Origin: Candidatus Latescibacterota bacterium | Lineage (GTDB): Bacteria > Latescibacterota > UBA2968 > UBA8231 | Direction: 5' to 3' | Assembly (NCBI GenBank): GCA_965208105.1 | Contig: OZ242318.1 | Coordinates: 1,344,001-1,408,000 of the forward strand | DNA: 64,000 bases | In this document: in pieces, positions 1 through 9,019 of the stretch | Layout: each line of letters opens with the position of its first letter | Numbering within the stretch: position 1 is the first letter of the stretch | Notes under the pieces: model-generated | What the model saw: the letters and a program-made list of their open reading frames with translations, nothing else | Told to the model about the DNA's origin: nothing | Databases searched by the model: none | Position numbers and translations under genes: made by a program

Positions 1-403
1 TGGAAACCACCGACCCGCCGCTCGCAGCCCAGGGGCGGCCGTCGAGGTACTCCAGGGCGGCGAAATCCTGCTCGATGTCATTCCTGCTCTGCGAGCCCGA
101 GACCTCCAGGCGCAAGGGGCCGAACCTGCGGCCGCAGGTGAGCTCGAAGCCGGCGCCGGGATCGGCGTCGATGGCGTAGCGCCAGCGGTAGCCCGCTATC
201 TCCGGGGCCGGATCGGCAACGAAGCAGGCGCCGGTGGGATAGCACACCGTGTCCCGGTTCCAGCCCACCTGGTCCATGCCCGAGCTCAGGGCAAATCCGC
301 CCCCGGCGCTGAAGTACCAACCCGACTCCCCTGCCTCAGCGCCGGGAGCTGCCGCCAGGACAGCACAAGCGATGGCGAACGGCCGGACGATCGAAACCCT
401 CAT
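1..403 (-). CDS. Outer-membrane beta-barrel (OmpA/porin-like) protein, 3' part runs off the window edge
   Basis: Not in the ORF track. Manual translation from ATG at 403 (GGAGG SD upstream) gives MRVSIVRPFAIACAVLAAAPGAEAGESGWYFSAGGGFALSS...LRLEVSGSQSRND. This is a signal peptide followed by a GWYxxAGxG first strand, open to the window edge. Confidence 0.65.
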   Translation of the reverse strand, partial: MRVSIVRPFAIACAVLAAAPGAEAGESGWYFSAGGGFALSSGMDQVGWNRDTVCYPTGACFVADPAPEIAGYRWRYAIDADPGAGFELTCGRRFGPLRLEVSGSQSRNDIEQDFAALEYLDGRPWAASGGSVVS

Positions 404-622
404 GAAAGACCTCCCGGGGTGAAAAATTGAATTGACTTGAAATAGTCCGGGTGATAAACATAGGAATAGCCGAGAACGATGTTCAAGTGCCGCACACAAC
501 CCGAATGGCTGAAATTTGGCTCGGGAAACGGTATCGGCGACCCTGCTGCGGACAGCGGGTGGGAATTCCGTTTCCGCGGCCTGCCCCCACAGCTGATGAC
601 GGGCGGCGAAAGGAGTGAAATC

Positions 623-1381
623 ATGCGCCTGGCTTCGAGCATTTTGCTCATTTGTTTTGCCTTCGCTCTCGTACCGGGCATTGGGCATGACGAGGCCAGG
701 GGACAGGACCGGTTTGTCGTCGACGGAGACCGGCGGGATTGGGGATCGGGTAAGTACCCGGATACATTCTTCGACGTCGTCCCCGATTCCAACAACAGTA
801 TCGACATCATATCCTATGCGGCCTTCGAAGATCATTCCGGTAAGATAAAACGGGAGGGACGCGAATTTTATTTCCTTATCGAGTTTCTCGAGCCTCCATA
901 TCAGGGAACCGAGGCCACCTCGGTGGAGCTGTTTTTCGACGTGTCGGCCGATACGACCATTGGAGAAGCCACCCCGCCCTGGGTCAACTTCCTCCCGGAC
1001 TACCGCATCGAAATCATCGGCCGCAACGGAAGTATTTCAAAGGAGATCCACCACCGGCTTGCCGGAAACCGATGGATTTCCACGGAAGGGGAGGACCTGC
1101 CCGAGGTGGAGGCCGCCCAGGCGGGTCAGTGGCTCGAAGGAGCGATTCCCTGGGCAGCCCTGGGCAATCCCGGCGACTCCGAAGGTGAGAAGGAGAGGGG
1201 GTATTTCCAATTCAAGTGGGCCGTGAGAAGCACCCAGGGCGGTTCTCATGATTACGTTCCCGACGGGGACAACCTGCAGTCCCCGTGGAGTCCCATGGGA
1301 GGAAAGATCTTCACCGGTGTGGAGCCCCGCTCCTGGGGCCGGATCAAGAGCGATGCCCGTGCGCGGGGAGGGTTGGAGTGA
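623..1381 (+). CDS. Secreted hypothetical protein (DGDxxDW, DOMON/CBM9-like) with C-terminal TGVEPRSWGRIK tail
   Basis: ORF 479..1381; likely start ATG 623 after AGGAG (611-615). Signal peptide MRLASSILLICFAFALVP, VVDGDRRDW motif, LEGAIPWAALG motif. Confidence 0.7.
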   Translation: MRLASSILLICFAFALVPGIGHDEARGQDRFVVDGDRRDWGSGKYPDTFFDVVPDSNNSIDIISYAAFEDHSGKIKREGREFYFLIEFLEPPYQGTEATSVELFFDVSADTTIGEATPPWVNFLPDYRIEIIGRNGSISKEIHHRLAGNRWISTEGEDLPEVEAAQAGQWLEGAIPWAALGNPGDSEGEKERGYFQFKWAVRSTQGGSHDYVPDGDNLQSPWSPMGGKIFTGVEPRSWGRIKSDARARGGLE

Positions 1382-1514
1382 GACCGGAGAATGGTCTGGA
1401 TTCCCGCCAAGCGGTTCCTTTATATAGAAATCGGGAGATCGGGACAATCATCTCCCCTCTTCTAAAAAACGATGGTGTATTCCGCACCCCTCCGATCTCC
1501 GGAAATTTGCAGGC

Positions 1515-1765
1515 TCAGAAATAGCGGCTCATTCTCAATAACAGGCTGACATCGGAGGCGTCCACGCTCGCCGGGACGCTGACTCCCACCTCGTCGAAGG
1601 GAGTGACCCAGCTTTCGCTGCCGTACCGGGTGTAGCGAATCTCGGCGCGCAGGGCCATTTGCCGGCCGAGTTCCTTTTCCACCCCGATGCCGGCGCTCCA
1701 ACCCTGCAGAACCAGGTCGCGGGAGTCCGATCCGGAGCTGAAGTCGGGGTCGCCTCCCGTGGAAG
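1515..1765 (-). pseudogene. C-terminal fragment of an outer-membrane beta-barrel protein
   Basis: Frame reads ...GWSAGIGVEKELGRQMALRAEIRYTRYG...SLLLRMSRYF-stop, i.e. final barrel strands and a terminal Phe. There is no signal peptide or N-terminal half; only ~100 bp separate it from the upstream gene end. Confidence 0.55.
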
Positions 1766-1867
1766 GCGGCATACAGTGGAGGAACCGGAGGGCTGAACCG
1801 GACCCTGGCATTTTCATCAGGTGCCGAGTTAAAGCACCATTCAACGAGGCAGGCATGCTGCTGCGAC

Positions 1868-3289
<1,422 letters not shown>

Positions 3290-3309
3290 TGTGCTCTTGC
3301 CTCGCTCGG

Positions 3310-4563
3310 TTAGCGGGGAAGGGAGATTGTGAAACAGGTGCCTCCGGGCTCCCGGCTTTCGGCGCGGATTGCACCCCCGTGGGCCTCGACGATCTTCTTG
3401 CAGGTGACGAGGCCCAGGCCGGTGCCGTCTTCCTTGGTGGTGAAGAAGGGAGTGAACAGCTTCTGCCGCACCTCCGGGCTCATGCCGACGCCTCCGTCGC
3501 AGACCCGCAGCATTGCCCGCGGCGGGTCCCGGGTCGGGGAAACGCCGACCTCCACGTCGATTACACCGCCGGCGGGCATGGCCTGGGTGGCGTTCTGCAG
3601 CAAGTTGAGGATGACCTGGCGGAACTGATCGGGGTCGAGGTTGCATACGATGCCGCTCGCGGTGTGGCGGCAGTTGATGCTTACGCCCGCCCCCGTGCAG
3701 GCCGGGTCTACGGCGAAGAAGGAGGCGGTTCCTTCCACCAGCTCCACCAGATCGACGGGATGGGGATTGAGTTGAAGGGGACGGGTGTAGGCCAGCAGGC
3801 TGGAAACTATGCGGTTGAGACGGGCAATCCCCTCGCTGATCTTGCCCGCCAGGCGGCGGCGGGGATCGCCTTCTTCCAGGTCGCGCTCGAGAAGGGCGGC
3901 GAAGCCGGCCATTCCACCCAGGGGATTGCGGATTTCGTGGGCAACAGTGGCCGCCATCTCGCCCAGGGCGGCAAGGGTGTGGACCCGCTGCAACTCGGCC
4001 TCCATGCGCTTGGCCTCGGTGAGATCGGTGAAAACCTCCACCGCTCCCATGACCTCCCCACCGCTGTCGCACACCGGCGCCGTGCTGAATCCCAGGGGAA
4101 TGGAGCGGCCGTCCGGGAGCATCAGGACCTTCTCACGGCTCGAATGGACCTGGCCGCTTTCCACGGTGTGCAGCACCGAGTTCTCGCGTCCTGCGTGGAG
4201 ACCGATCACCTCCTCGTAGGGCCGGCCCAGGACCTCCTCCTCGCTGCGGCCGCTGATGGCTTCCGCCGCCCGGTTGAAGAGTGTGAGGTTCCCGTCCAGG
4301 TCCACCACCAGGACCCCGGCGCTGAGGCTCTCCAGGATGTTGTTCAGGTAGTTGCTGACCCGGTCCTTCTCGTCGAGACTCCTGCCCAGTTCCAGGTTGG
4401 CCTCTTCGAGCCTGAGGCTCAGGGTGGAGAACTGTTCCTCCAGGTGCCTGTAGGCCTCCGCGTACTTGCGCGTGGTCTCGTCGAAGAAGGAGCCGGCCAA
4501 CGCCTCCTCGAGCCGGGCGCCGGGCTGGCTGAAGTTCAGGATATGCTTTTGTGGCGCGTTCAT
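3310..4563 (-). CDS. PAS-domain cytoplasmic sensor histidine kinase (FleS/FlrB-like)
   Basis: N-terminal coiled coil, PAS, H-box AHEIRNPL, N-box NLLQNA, G-boxes DGGVG/GTGLGL; no transmembrane segment. Confidence 0.9.
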   Translation of the reverse strand: MNAPQKHILNFSQPGARLEEALAGSFFDETTRKYAEAYRHLEEQFSTLSLRLEEANLELGRSLDEKDRVSNYLNNILESLSAGVLVVDLDGNLTLFNRAAEAISGRSEEEVLGRPYEEVIGLHAGRENSVLHTVESGQVHSSREKVLMLPDGRSIPLGFSTAPVCDSGGEVMGAVEVFTDLTEAKRMEAELQRVHTLAALGEMAATVAHEIRNPLGGMAGFAALLERDLEEGDPRRRLAGKISEGIARLNRIVSSLLAYTRPLQLNPHPVDLVELVEGTASFFAVDPACTGAGVSINCRHTASGIVCNLDPDQFRQVILNLLQNATQAMPAGGVIDVEVGVSPTRDPPRAMLRVCDGGVGMSPEVRQKLFTPFFTTKEDGTGLGLVTCKKIVEAHGGAIRAESREPGGTCFTISLPR

Positions 4564-4636
4564 TTCTGCCTGCCGCTCTCGGACAGGGTCGCCGGAACCT
4601 CGCCTCCGCGCGGTCCCTGCCCCGGCGGCTCCAGGC

Positions 4637-5902
4637 TCACCTTCTCCTTATCAGTACATAGGGCCCTTTGGGCACCACCGCCAGTCGCGCCCCGGGTCCG
4701 CAACGACCCAGGGCCTGCTCCAGTCCCCGCTCCACCGAGTCCACCTGGTCCACCAGCAGGCGGCCATGGCAGCGGGTTGGAATGCCCTCGGCAAAGAGCA
4801 TCACCCGGGCTTTGTCCAGTACCTTGCAGAGCTCCTGCAATTGCCACTGGTCGATGGTGAAGAAACCGGGATCGTCCAGTTTCTCGCGAAAGTCGGAAAC
4901 GCTGGAAGTCTGCAGCAGCAGCTCGGTGAACTCGGGGCTGCCGACCCCCTCCCGGCATTGGGCGGCCAGCACGATGACCCCTCCCTTGCGGACGGCGGGC
5001 AGCACCGCGGTCAGCCCCTTGACCGCCTGGTAGAAGGTCAGATCCAGTGGATAACCTGCCGCGGTGGTGAGGACCACGTCGGCGGGCTCGTCCACGAAGA
5101 CCCCGTTCTGCTCCTCGACGAAGCGCACGCCCGCGGCGTGGGCCTCCTCCAGTTCCCCGCAGAAGATTCCCGCGATCCGGCGCTGGTCGTTCATGGCCAC
5201 GTTGAGGCTGAAGTCCACCCCCGCCCTGCGGGCAACCTCCAGGGCCTGGCGGTGAAACGGGTTGCCGGCGATGATGCCTTCCGCCGACCTGGGATGGCCG
5301 ATCAGCTCGGGACCGTGCAGCACCCTCATGGTATCCACTCCCATGAGGCCCGGACAAATGGCCTTGCGCCCGCCCGAAAACCCCGCCATCAGGTGGGGCT
5401 CGATCAGGGAGGTGGCAATCTTCAGATCGGCCTCGACGTAGATCCTGTCGATCCAGATGGGCGCTCCGCAGGAGGTTTCTCCGAGGTGGACCAGGGTCTC
5501 CCTGTCGCGCGCCTTGTGGTTGACGATGCGGTAGTCGCGGGCGATCTCGGGGCCGACCAGGGCCGCCAGCTCGTCTCCCTCGTTGGGCCGGTGCAGGCCG
5601 GTGCCGACGAGAATGGTTATCTGCTCCCGGGGGATCCCGGCCTCGTTAAGAACCTTCAGTATGGGCGGCAGGATGGTGGCATTGGGCACCGGGCGGGTGA
5701 TGTCGGCAATCACGATGCAGGGGTTCCTGCAGCCCGCCGCCAGGGTGCCCAGGGAGGGCGTACCAAGGGGGCGGAGCAGGGCCTCCTGCAGGCGCTCCTC
5801 GACCCGGTCGAGACCCGGAGCCCCGGCCATGCGCAGCACCCGGGCATGGTCCGGCACCTCGACCTGGAGCCCATGGCGGCCATAGTCGAGATCCAGCTTC
5901 AC
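4637..5902 (-). CDS. larA: Nickel-dependent lactate racemase family protein (LarA family)
   Basis: DITRP, GTGLHRP, EPHLMAGFSGGRKAICPG and GYPLDLTFYQAVKG motifs. The actual substrate is unknown. Confidence 0.88.
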   Translation of the reverse strand: MKLDLDYGRHGLQVEVPDHARVLRMAGAPGLDRVEERLQEALLRPLGTPSLGTLAAGCRNPCIVIADITRPVPNATILPPILKVLNEAGIPREQITILVGTGLHRPNEGDELAALVGPEIARDYRIVNHKARDRETLVHLGETSCGAPIWIDRIYVEADLKIATSLIEPHLMAGFSGGRKAICPGLMGVDTMRVLHGPELIGHPRSAEGIIAGNPFHRQALEVARRAGVDFSLNVAMNDQRRIAGIFCGELEEAHAAGVRFVEEQNGVFVDEPADVVLTTAAGYPLDLTFYQAVKGLTAVLPAVRKGGVIVLAAQCREGVGSPEFTELLLQTSSVSDFREKLDDPGFFTIDQWQLQELCKVLDKARVMLFAEGIPTRCHGRLLVDQVDSVERGLEQALGRCGPGARLAVVPKGPYVLIRRR

Positions 5903-6786
5903 CGGTCATCCTCCAGCAGGTCCCTCAGATGGGCGCGAAAGGCCGCGCCGTGGCGGGGATCGGCGAGGGCAAAATCGGCGAAGGCGCGGTAGTAGGTCAG
6001 GGGAGTGCCGATATCGTAGCGCCGCTCGTCCGGGCGCAGGCGCACACAGCGCACCTTCCTGCCCTGGTGGATCAGGATGCGGATGGCGTCGGCGATCCAC
6101 AGCTCACCGCCGACTCCTGGCTCGATGGCATCGATGGCCGCGAAGATCTCCGGAGTGAAGATGTAGCGGGCGGCTACGGCCAGGGAACTGGGGGCCTCTT
6201 CCGCACTCGGCTTTTCGACGATATCGGCAATGGCGAAATCCTCCCCGGGTTCGCCGGCGGGCTGAACCACCCCGTACTTGCTGAGTTCGGCGCGGGGCAC
6301 CTCCCACACGCCCACCGTGGCGGCGCAGCCGTGGCGCTGGTGCGCGGCGATCATGCGGCCGACCACCCCCGGATTCCGCGGCGAGCTGACGATGGTGTCG
6401 CCGAAGCCGACCACGAAGGACTCGTCGCCGACGAACTCCGCCGCCAGGCGGACCGCGTCGGCGTTGCCGGTGGGACGACGCTGGCGCGCGTAGAGGAACT
6501 CGACCCCTTCCGCCTCGTAGTCCACCTCCCCGATGGCCCGCTCTCCGGCTCGCAGGTGGGCGCTGAGCTCGGGGTCGTCGTCGAAGTGGTCCTCGATGGA
6601 GCGCTTCTTGCGGCCGGTGATGAACAGGAACTTGCTCAGGCCTTGCTCGATCATCTCTTCCACCACGTACTGCACCACGGGCTTGGAGCCCACGGGCAAC
6701 ATCTCCTTGGGCTGGGACTTGGTCGCCGGCAGAAGCCGTGTGCCCATGCCCGCCACCGGAAGAACCGCTTTGCGAATCGCCGTCAT
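5899..6786 (-). CDS. galU: UTP-glucose-1-phosphate uridylyltransferase
   Basis: KAVLPVAGMGTRLLPATKSQPKEMLP and IVEKP motifs. Start ATG 6786; stop overlaps the larA start. Confidence 0.85.
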   Translation of the reverse strand: MTAIRKAVLPVAGMGTRLLPATKSQPKEMLPVGSKPVVQYVVEEMIEQGLSKFLFITGRKKRSIEDHFDDDPELSAHLRAGERAIGEVDYEAEGVEFLYARQRRPTGNADAVRLAAEFVGDESFVVGFGDTIVSSPRNPGVVGRMIAAHQRHGCAATVGVWEVPRAELSKYGVVQPAGEPGEDFAIADIVEKPSAEEAPSSLAVAARYIFTPEIFAAIDAIEPGVGGELWIADAIRILIHQGRKVRCVRLRPDERRYDIGTPLTYYRAFADFALADPRHGAAFRAHLRDLLEDDR

Positions 6787-6872
6787 CTGCACAGGATGGA
6801 TTGAATGAAAGCTGCTGTAACTACTAAAAATAGGCCACAATTCATCCCCGATCAAGGCCGCCCCTCCCGCGC

Positions 6873-6901
6873 TTGACGCCCGGGTGCAGCCCCCGTATTA
6901 T
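6873..6901 (+). promoter_or_regulatory. Sigma70-type promoter for the HAD gene
   Basis: TTGACG-17 nt-TATTAT. Confidence 0.55.
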
Positions 6902-6914
6902 TTCGAAATCATCC

Positions 6915-7823
6915 ATGGCTTCCACTTCACCACCCGCTCCACTCAGGCGCATCGGCCGGTCCATCGAGGTCCATCGTTCCCAACCTGCCCGCGGCCCCAT
7001 CCGCCACGCTCTCTTCGACTTCGACGGCACCCTGTCCCTGATCCGCGCCGGCTGGCAGGAGGTGATGGTTTCCCATTGCTGCTGGGAACTGAGCCGCACC
7101 CCGGCCGCCGAATCGCGGCAGGAGCTGGAGCAGGTCTGCCGCGAATTCATCACCCGGTTGACCGGAGCCCAGACCATCTATCAGATGATGGAACTGGGAA
7201 AGCAGGTTGCCAGGCGCGGAGGCGAGCCCCTGCCCGCCTCCACCTACAAAGGCCAGTACCTCGACCGGCTGCAGCGGCGCATCGGCCACCGGCTCGCGGC
7301 ACTGGAGGAGGGCCGCGAGCCGGCCGCGGCGTACCTCGTGCGCAACAGCCTCTCCCTGCTCCGGGGGCTGGCCCAACGCGGGGCAACCTGCCATCTGGCC
7401 AGCGGCACCGACCATCACCACGTCGTCGCCGAGGCCGGCCTGCTGGGACTCGCCCCCTTCTTCGGAGACAGAATTTACGGAGCCCGGGAGGACCTGCGCG
7501 CCTTCTCCAAGAGGAAGGTGATCGAGGACATCCTGGGGGCCAACGGCAGGGGCAGCGCCCTGGCGGTCTTCGGCGATGGCTACGTGGAAATCTCTGCGGC
7601 AGTCGAGGCAGGCGCCCTGGCCATTGGGATCGCCAGCCGCGAAAGCGGCGGTGCGGGAATGGACCCATGGAAAAAGAAGCGCCTGCTGGAAGTGGGTGCC
7701 CACATCCTGGTCCCCGACTGGCAGGAGGCCGACCTGCTGCTGGGCCATATCTTCGGGGAAGTCGATGCCCCTGGCGGCCGCCACCTCCCGACCGCTGGAA
7801 AGGCGGCGCCTCATGGCCTATGA
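6915..7823 (+). CDS. HAD-superfamily hydrolase/phosphatase
   Basis: Motif I FDFDGTLS, motif II LASGT, motif IV FGDGYVE. Confidence 0.85.
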   Translation: MASTSPPAPLRRIGRSIEVHRSQPARGPIRHALFDFDGTLSLIRAGWQEVMVSHCCWELSRTPAAESRQELEQVCREFITRLTGAQTIYQMMELGKQVARRGGEPLPASTYKGQYLDRLQRRIGHRLAALEEGREPAAAYLVRNSLSLLRGLAQRGATCHLASGTDHHHVVAEAGLLGLAPFFGDRIYGAREDLRAFSKRKVIEDILGANGRGSALAVFGDGYVEISAAVEAGALAIGIASRESGGAGMDPWKKKRLLEVGAHILVPDWQEADLLLGHIFGEVDAPGGRHLPTAGKAAPHGL

Positions 7824-8928
7824 AAAAGTCGACCTGGACAGAATCGAGGTCCGTCCGCTGCACATGCGCAGGAGCAAGTACGGCATCGACGACATCCTCC
7901 TGGACCCGGACTCATCGCCCCGCGACCCCGGACCCCTGGCCGCCAAGATCAGCCTGGTCGCCGAGCGCATCCGCTCGGCCCGCGGGCGCGGCGCCTCGGT
8001 GGTGCTCGCCTTCGGTGCTCACCTGGTGAAAAACGGCCTCGGGCCCCTGGTCACCCGCATGGCCGAGGCGGGATGGATCACCCACCTGGCCACCAACGGC
8101 GCCGCTGCCATCCACGACTGGGAGTACGCCTACCAGGGGCGCTCGGAGGAGGACGTGCGCGCCAATGTCGCCCGTGGCTGCTTCGGCACCTGGGACGAAA
8201 CCGGCCGCTACATCCACCTCGCCGTTCTCGCCGGGGCGGTCAAGGGCATGGGCTACGGCGAGTCGCTGGGCAAGCTCATCCAGGAGGACGGCTGCATCAT
8301 CCCCGGACGCGGGGAGCTGGCCGCCGCTCTGGAGGCATGGAGCCGTGACCCGACCGACGATCCACTTGCGCCCGCCCGGGCGGAACTGCTGCAGGCCCTG
8401 CTGCGCTTCGACCTGCCCGCCGGCTTTCTCCGGGTCCCGCACCCGCACAAGGACTTTTCGCTCAGCGCCGGCGCCTGCCGCCTGCGCCTGCCACTCACCG
8501 TCCATCCGGGAATCGGCTACGATATCATCGCCAACCATCCCCTGTTCAACGGCGCCGCCCTCGGGCGCGCCGCCGATACCGACTACCGCGTCTTCGTCGA
8601 GAGCGTGGGCCGGATGGATGGCGGCGTCCTTCTCTCGGTGGGCTCGGCGGTGATGTCCCCGCAGATATTCGAAAAGGCGCTTTCCATCGCCAACAACCTG
8701 CGCCGGCAGCGGAACCGCCCCGCGCTGCGGCCATTCATCGCGGTGAACGACCTCGCGCCGGTCGACTGGGACTGGTCCCAGGGAGAACCCTCCCCGGACG
8801 ACCCGGCCTATTACCTGCGGTTCTGCAAGTCCTTCAGCCGCATGGGCGGAGAGATGGTCTACGCCGCCGGCGACAACCGGGTGTTTCTGCACAACCTCCA
8901 TGTCGAACTGGGATCTTCCCGAAGTTGA
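7813..8928 (+). CDS. Deoxyhypusine-synthase-like (DHS-like NAD-binding fold) hypothetical protein
   Basis: Start MAYEKVD at 7813 overlaps the HAD stop. FGAHLVKNGL, HLATNGAAAIHD, TVHPGIGYDII and SVGSAVMSPQIFEKALS resemble DHS-fold segments. Confidence 0.6.
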   Translation: MAYEKVDLDRIEVRPLHMRRSKYGIDDILLDPDSSPRDPGPLAAKISLVAERIRSARGRGASVVLAFGAHLVKNGLGPLVTRMAEAGWITHLATNGAAAIHDWEYAYQGRSEEDVRANVARGCFGTWDETGRYIHLAVLAGAVKGMGYGESLGKLIQEDGCIIPGRGELAAALEAWSRDPTDDPLAPARAELLQALLRFDLPAGFLRVPHPHKDFSLSAGACRLRLPLTVHPGIGYDIIANHPLFNGAALGRAADTDYRVFVESVGRMDGGVLLSVGSAVMSPQIFEKALSIANNLRRQRNRPALRPFIAVNDLAPVDWDWSQGEPSPDDPAYYLRFCKSFSRMGGEMVYAAGDNRVFLHNLHVELGSSRS

Positions 8929-9019
8929 GGGGCTCTATGGCCAGGGCGGGAAGCGCACGGGCTCCTGGACATCCTCGGGAGCGCGGCAGCACGTCCGGCT
9001 CCCATTCCGACCTGGGGCC

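Noticed and set aside
474-484. GAAC-GAT-GTTC as a possible SOS box
   Set aside because: The spacer is 3 nt rather than 4 and the flanking genes are not DNA-repair genes.
3290-4072. N-terminal extension of the 734-aa ORF 1868..4072
   Set aside because: It overlaps the histidine kinase in another frame. The real regulator starts at MAKKHIL (3289).
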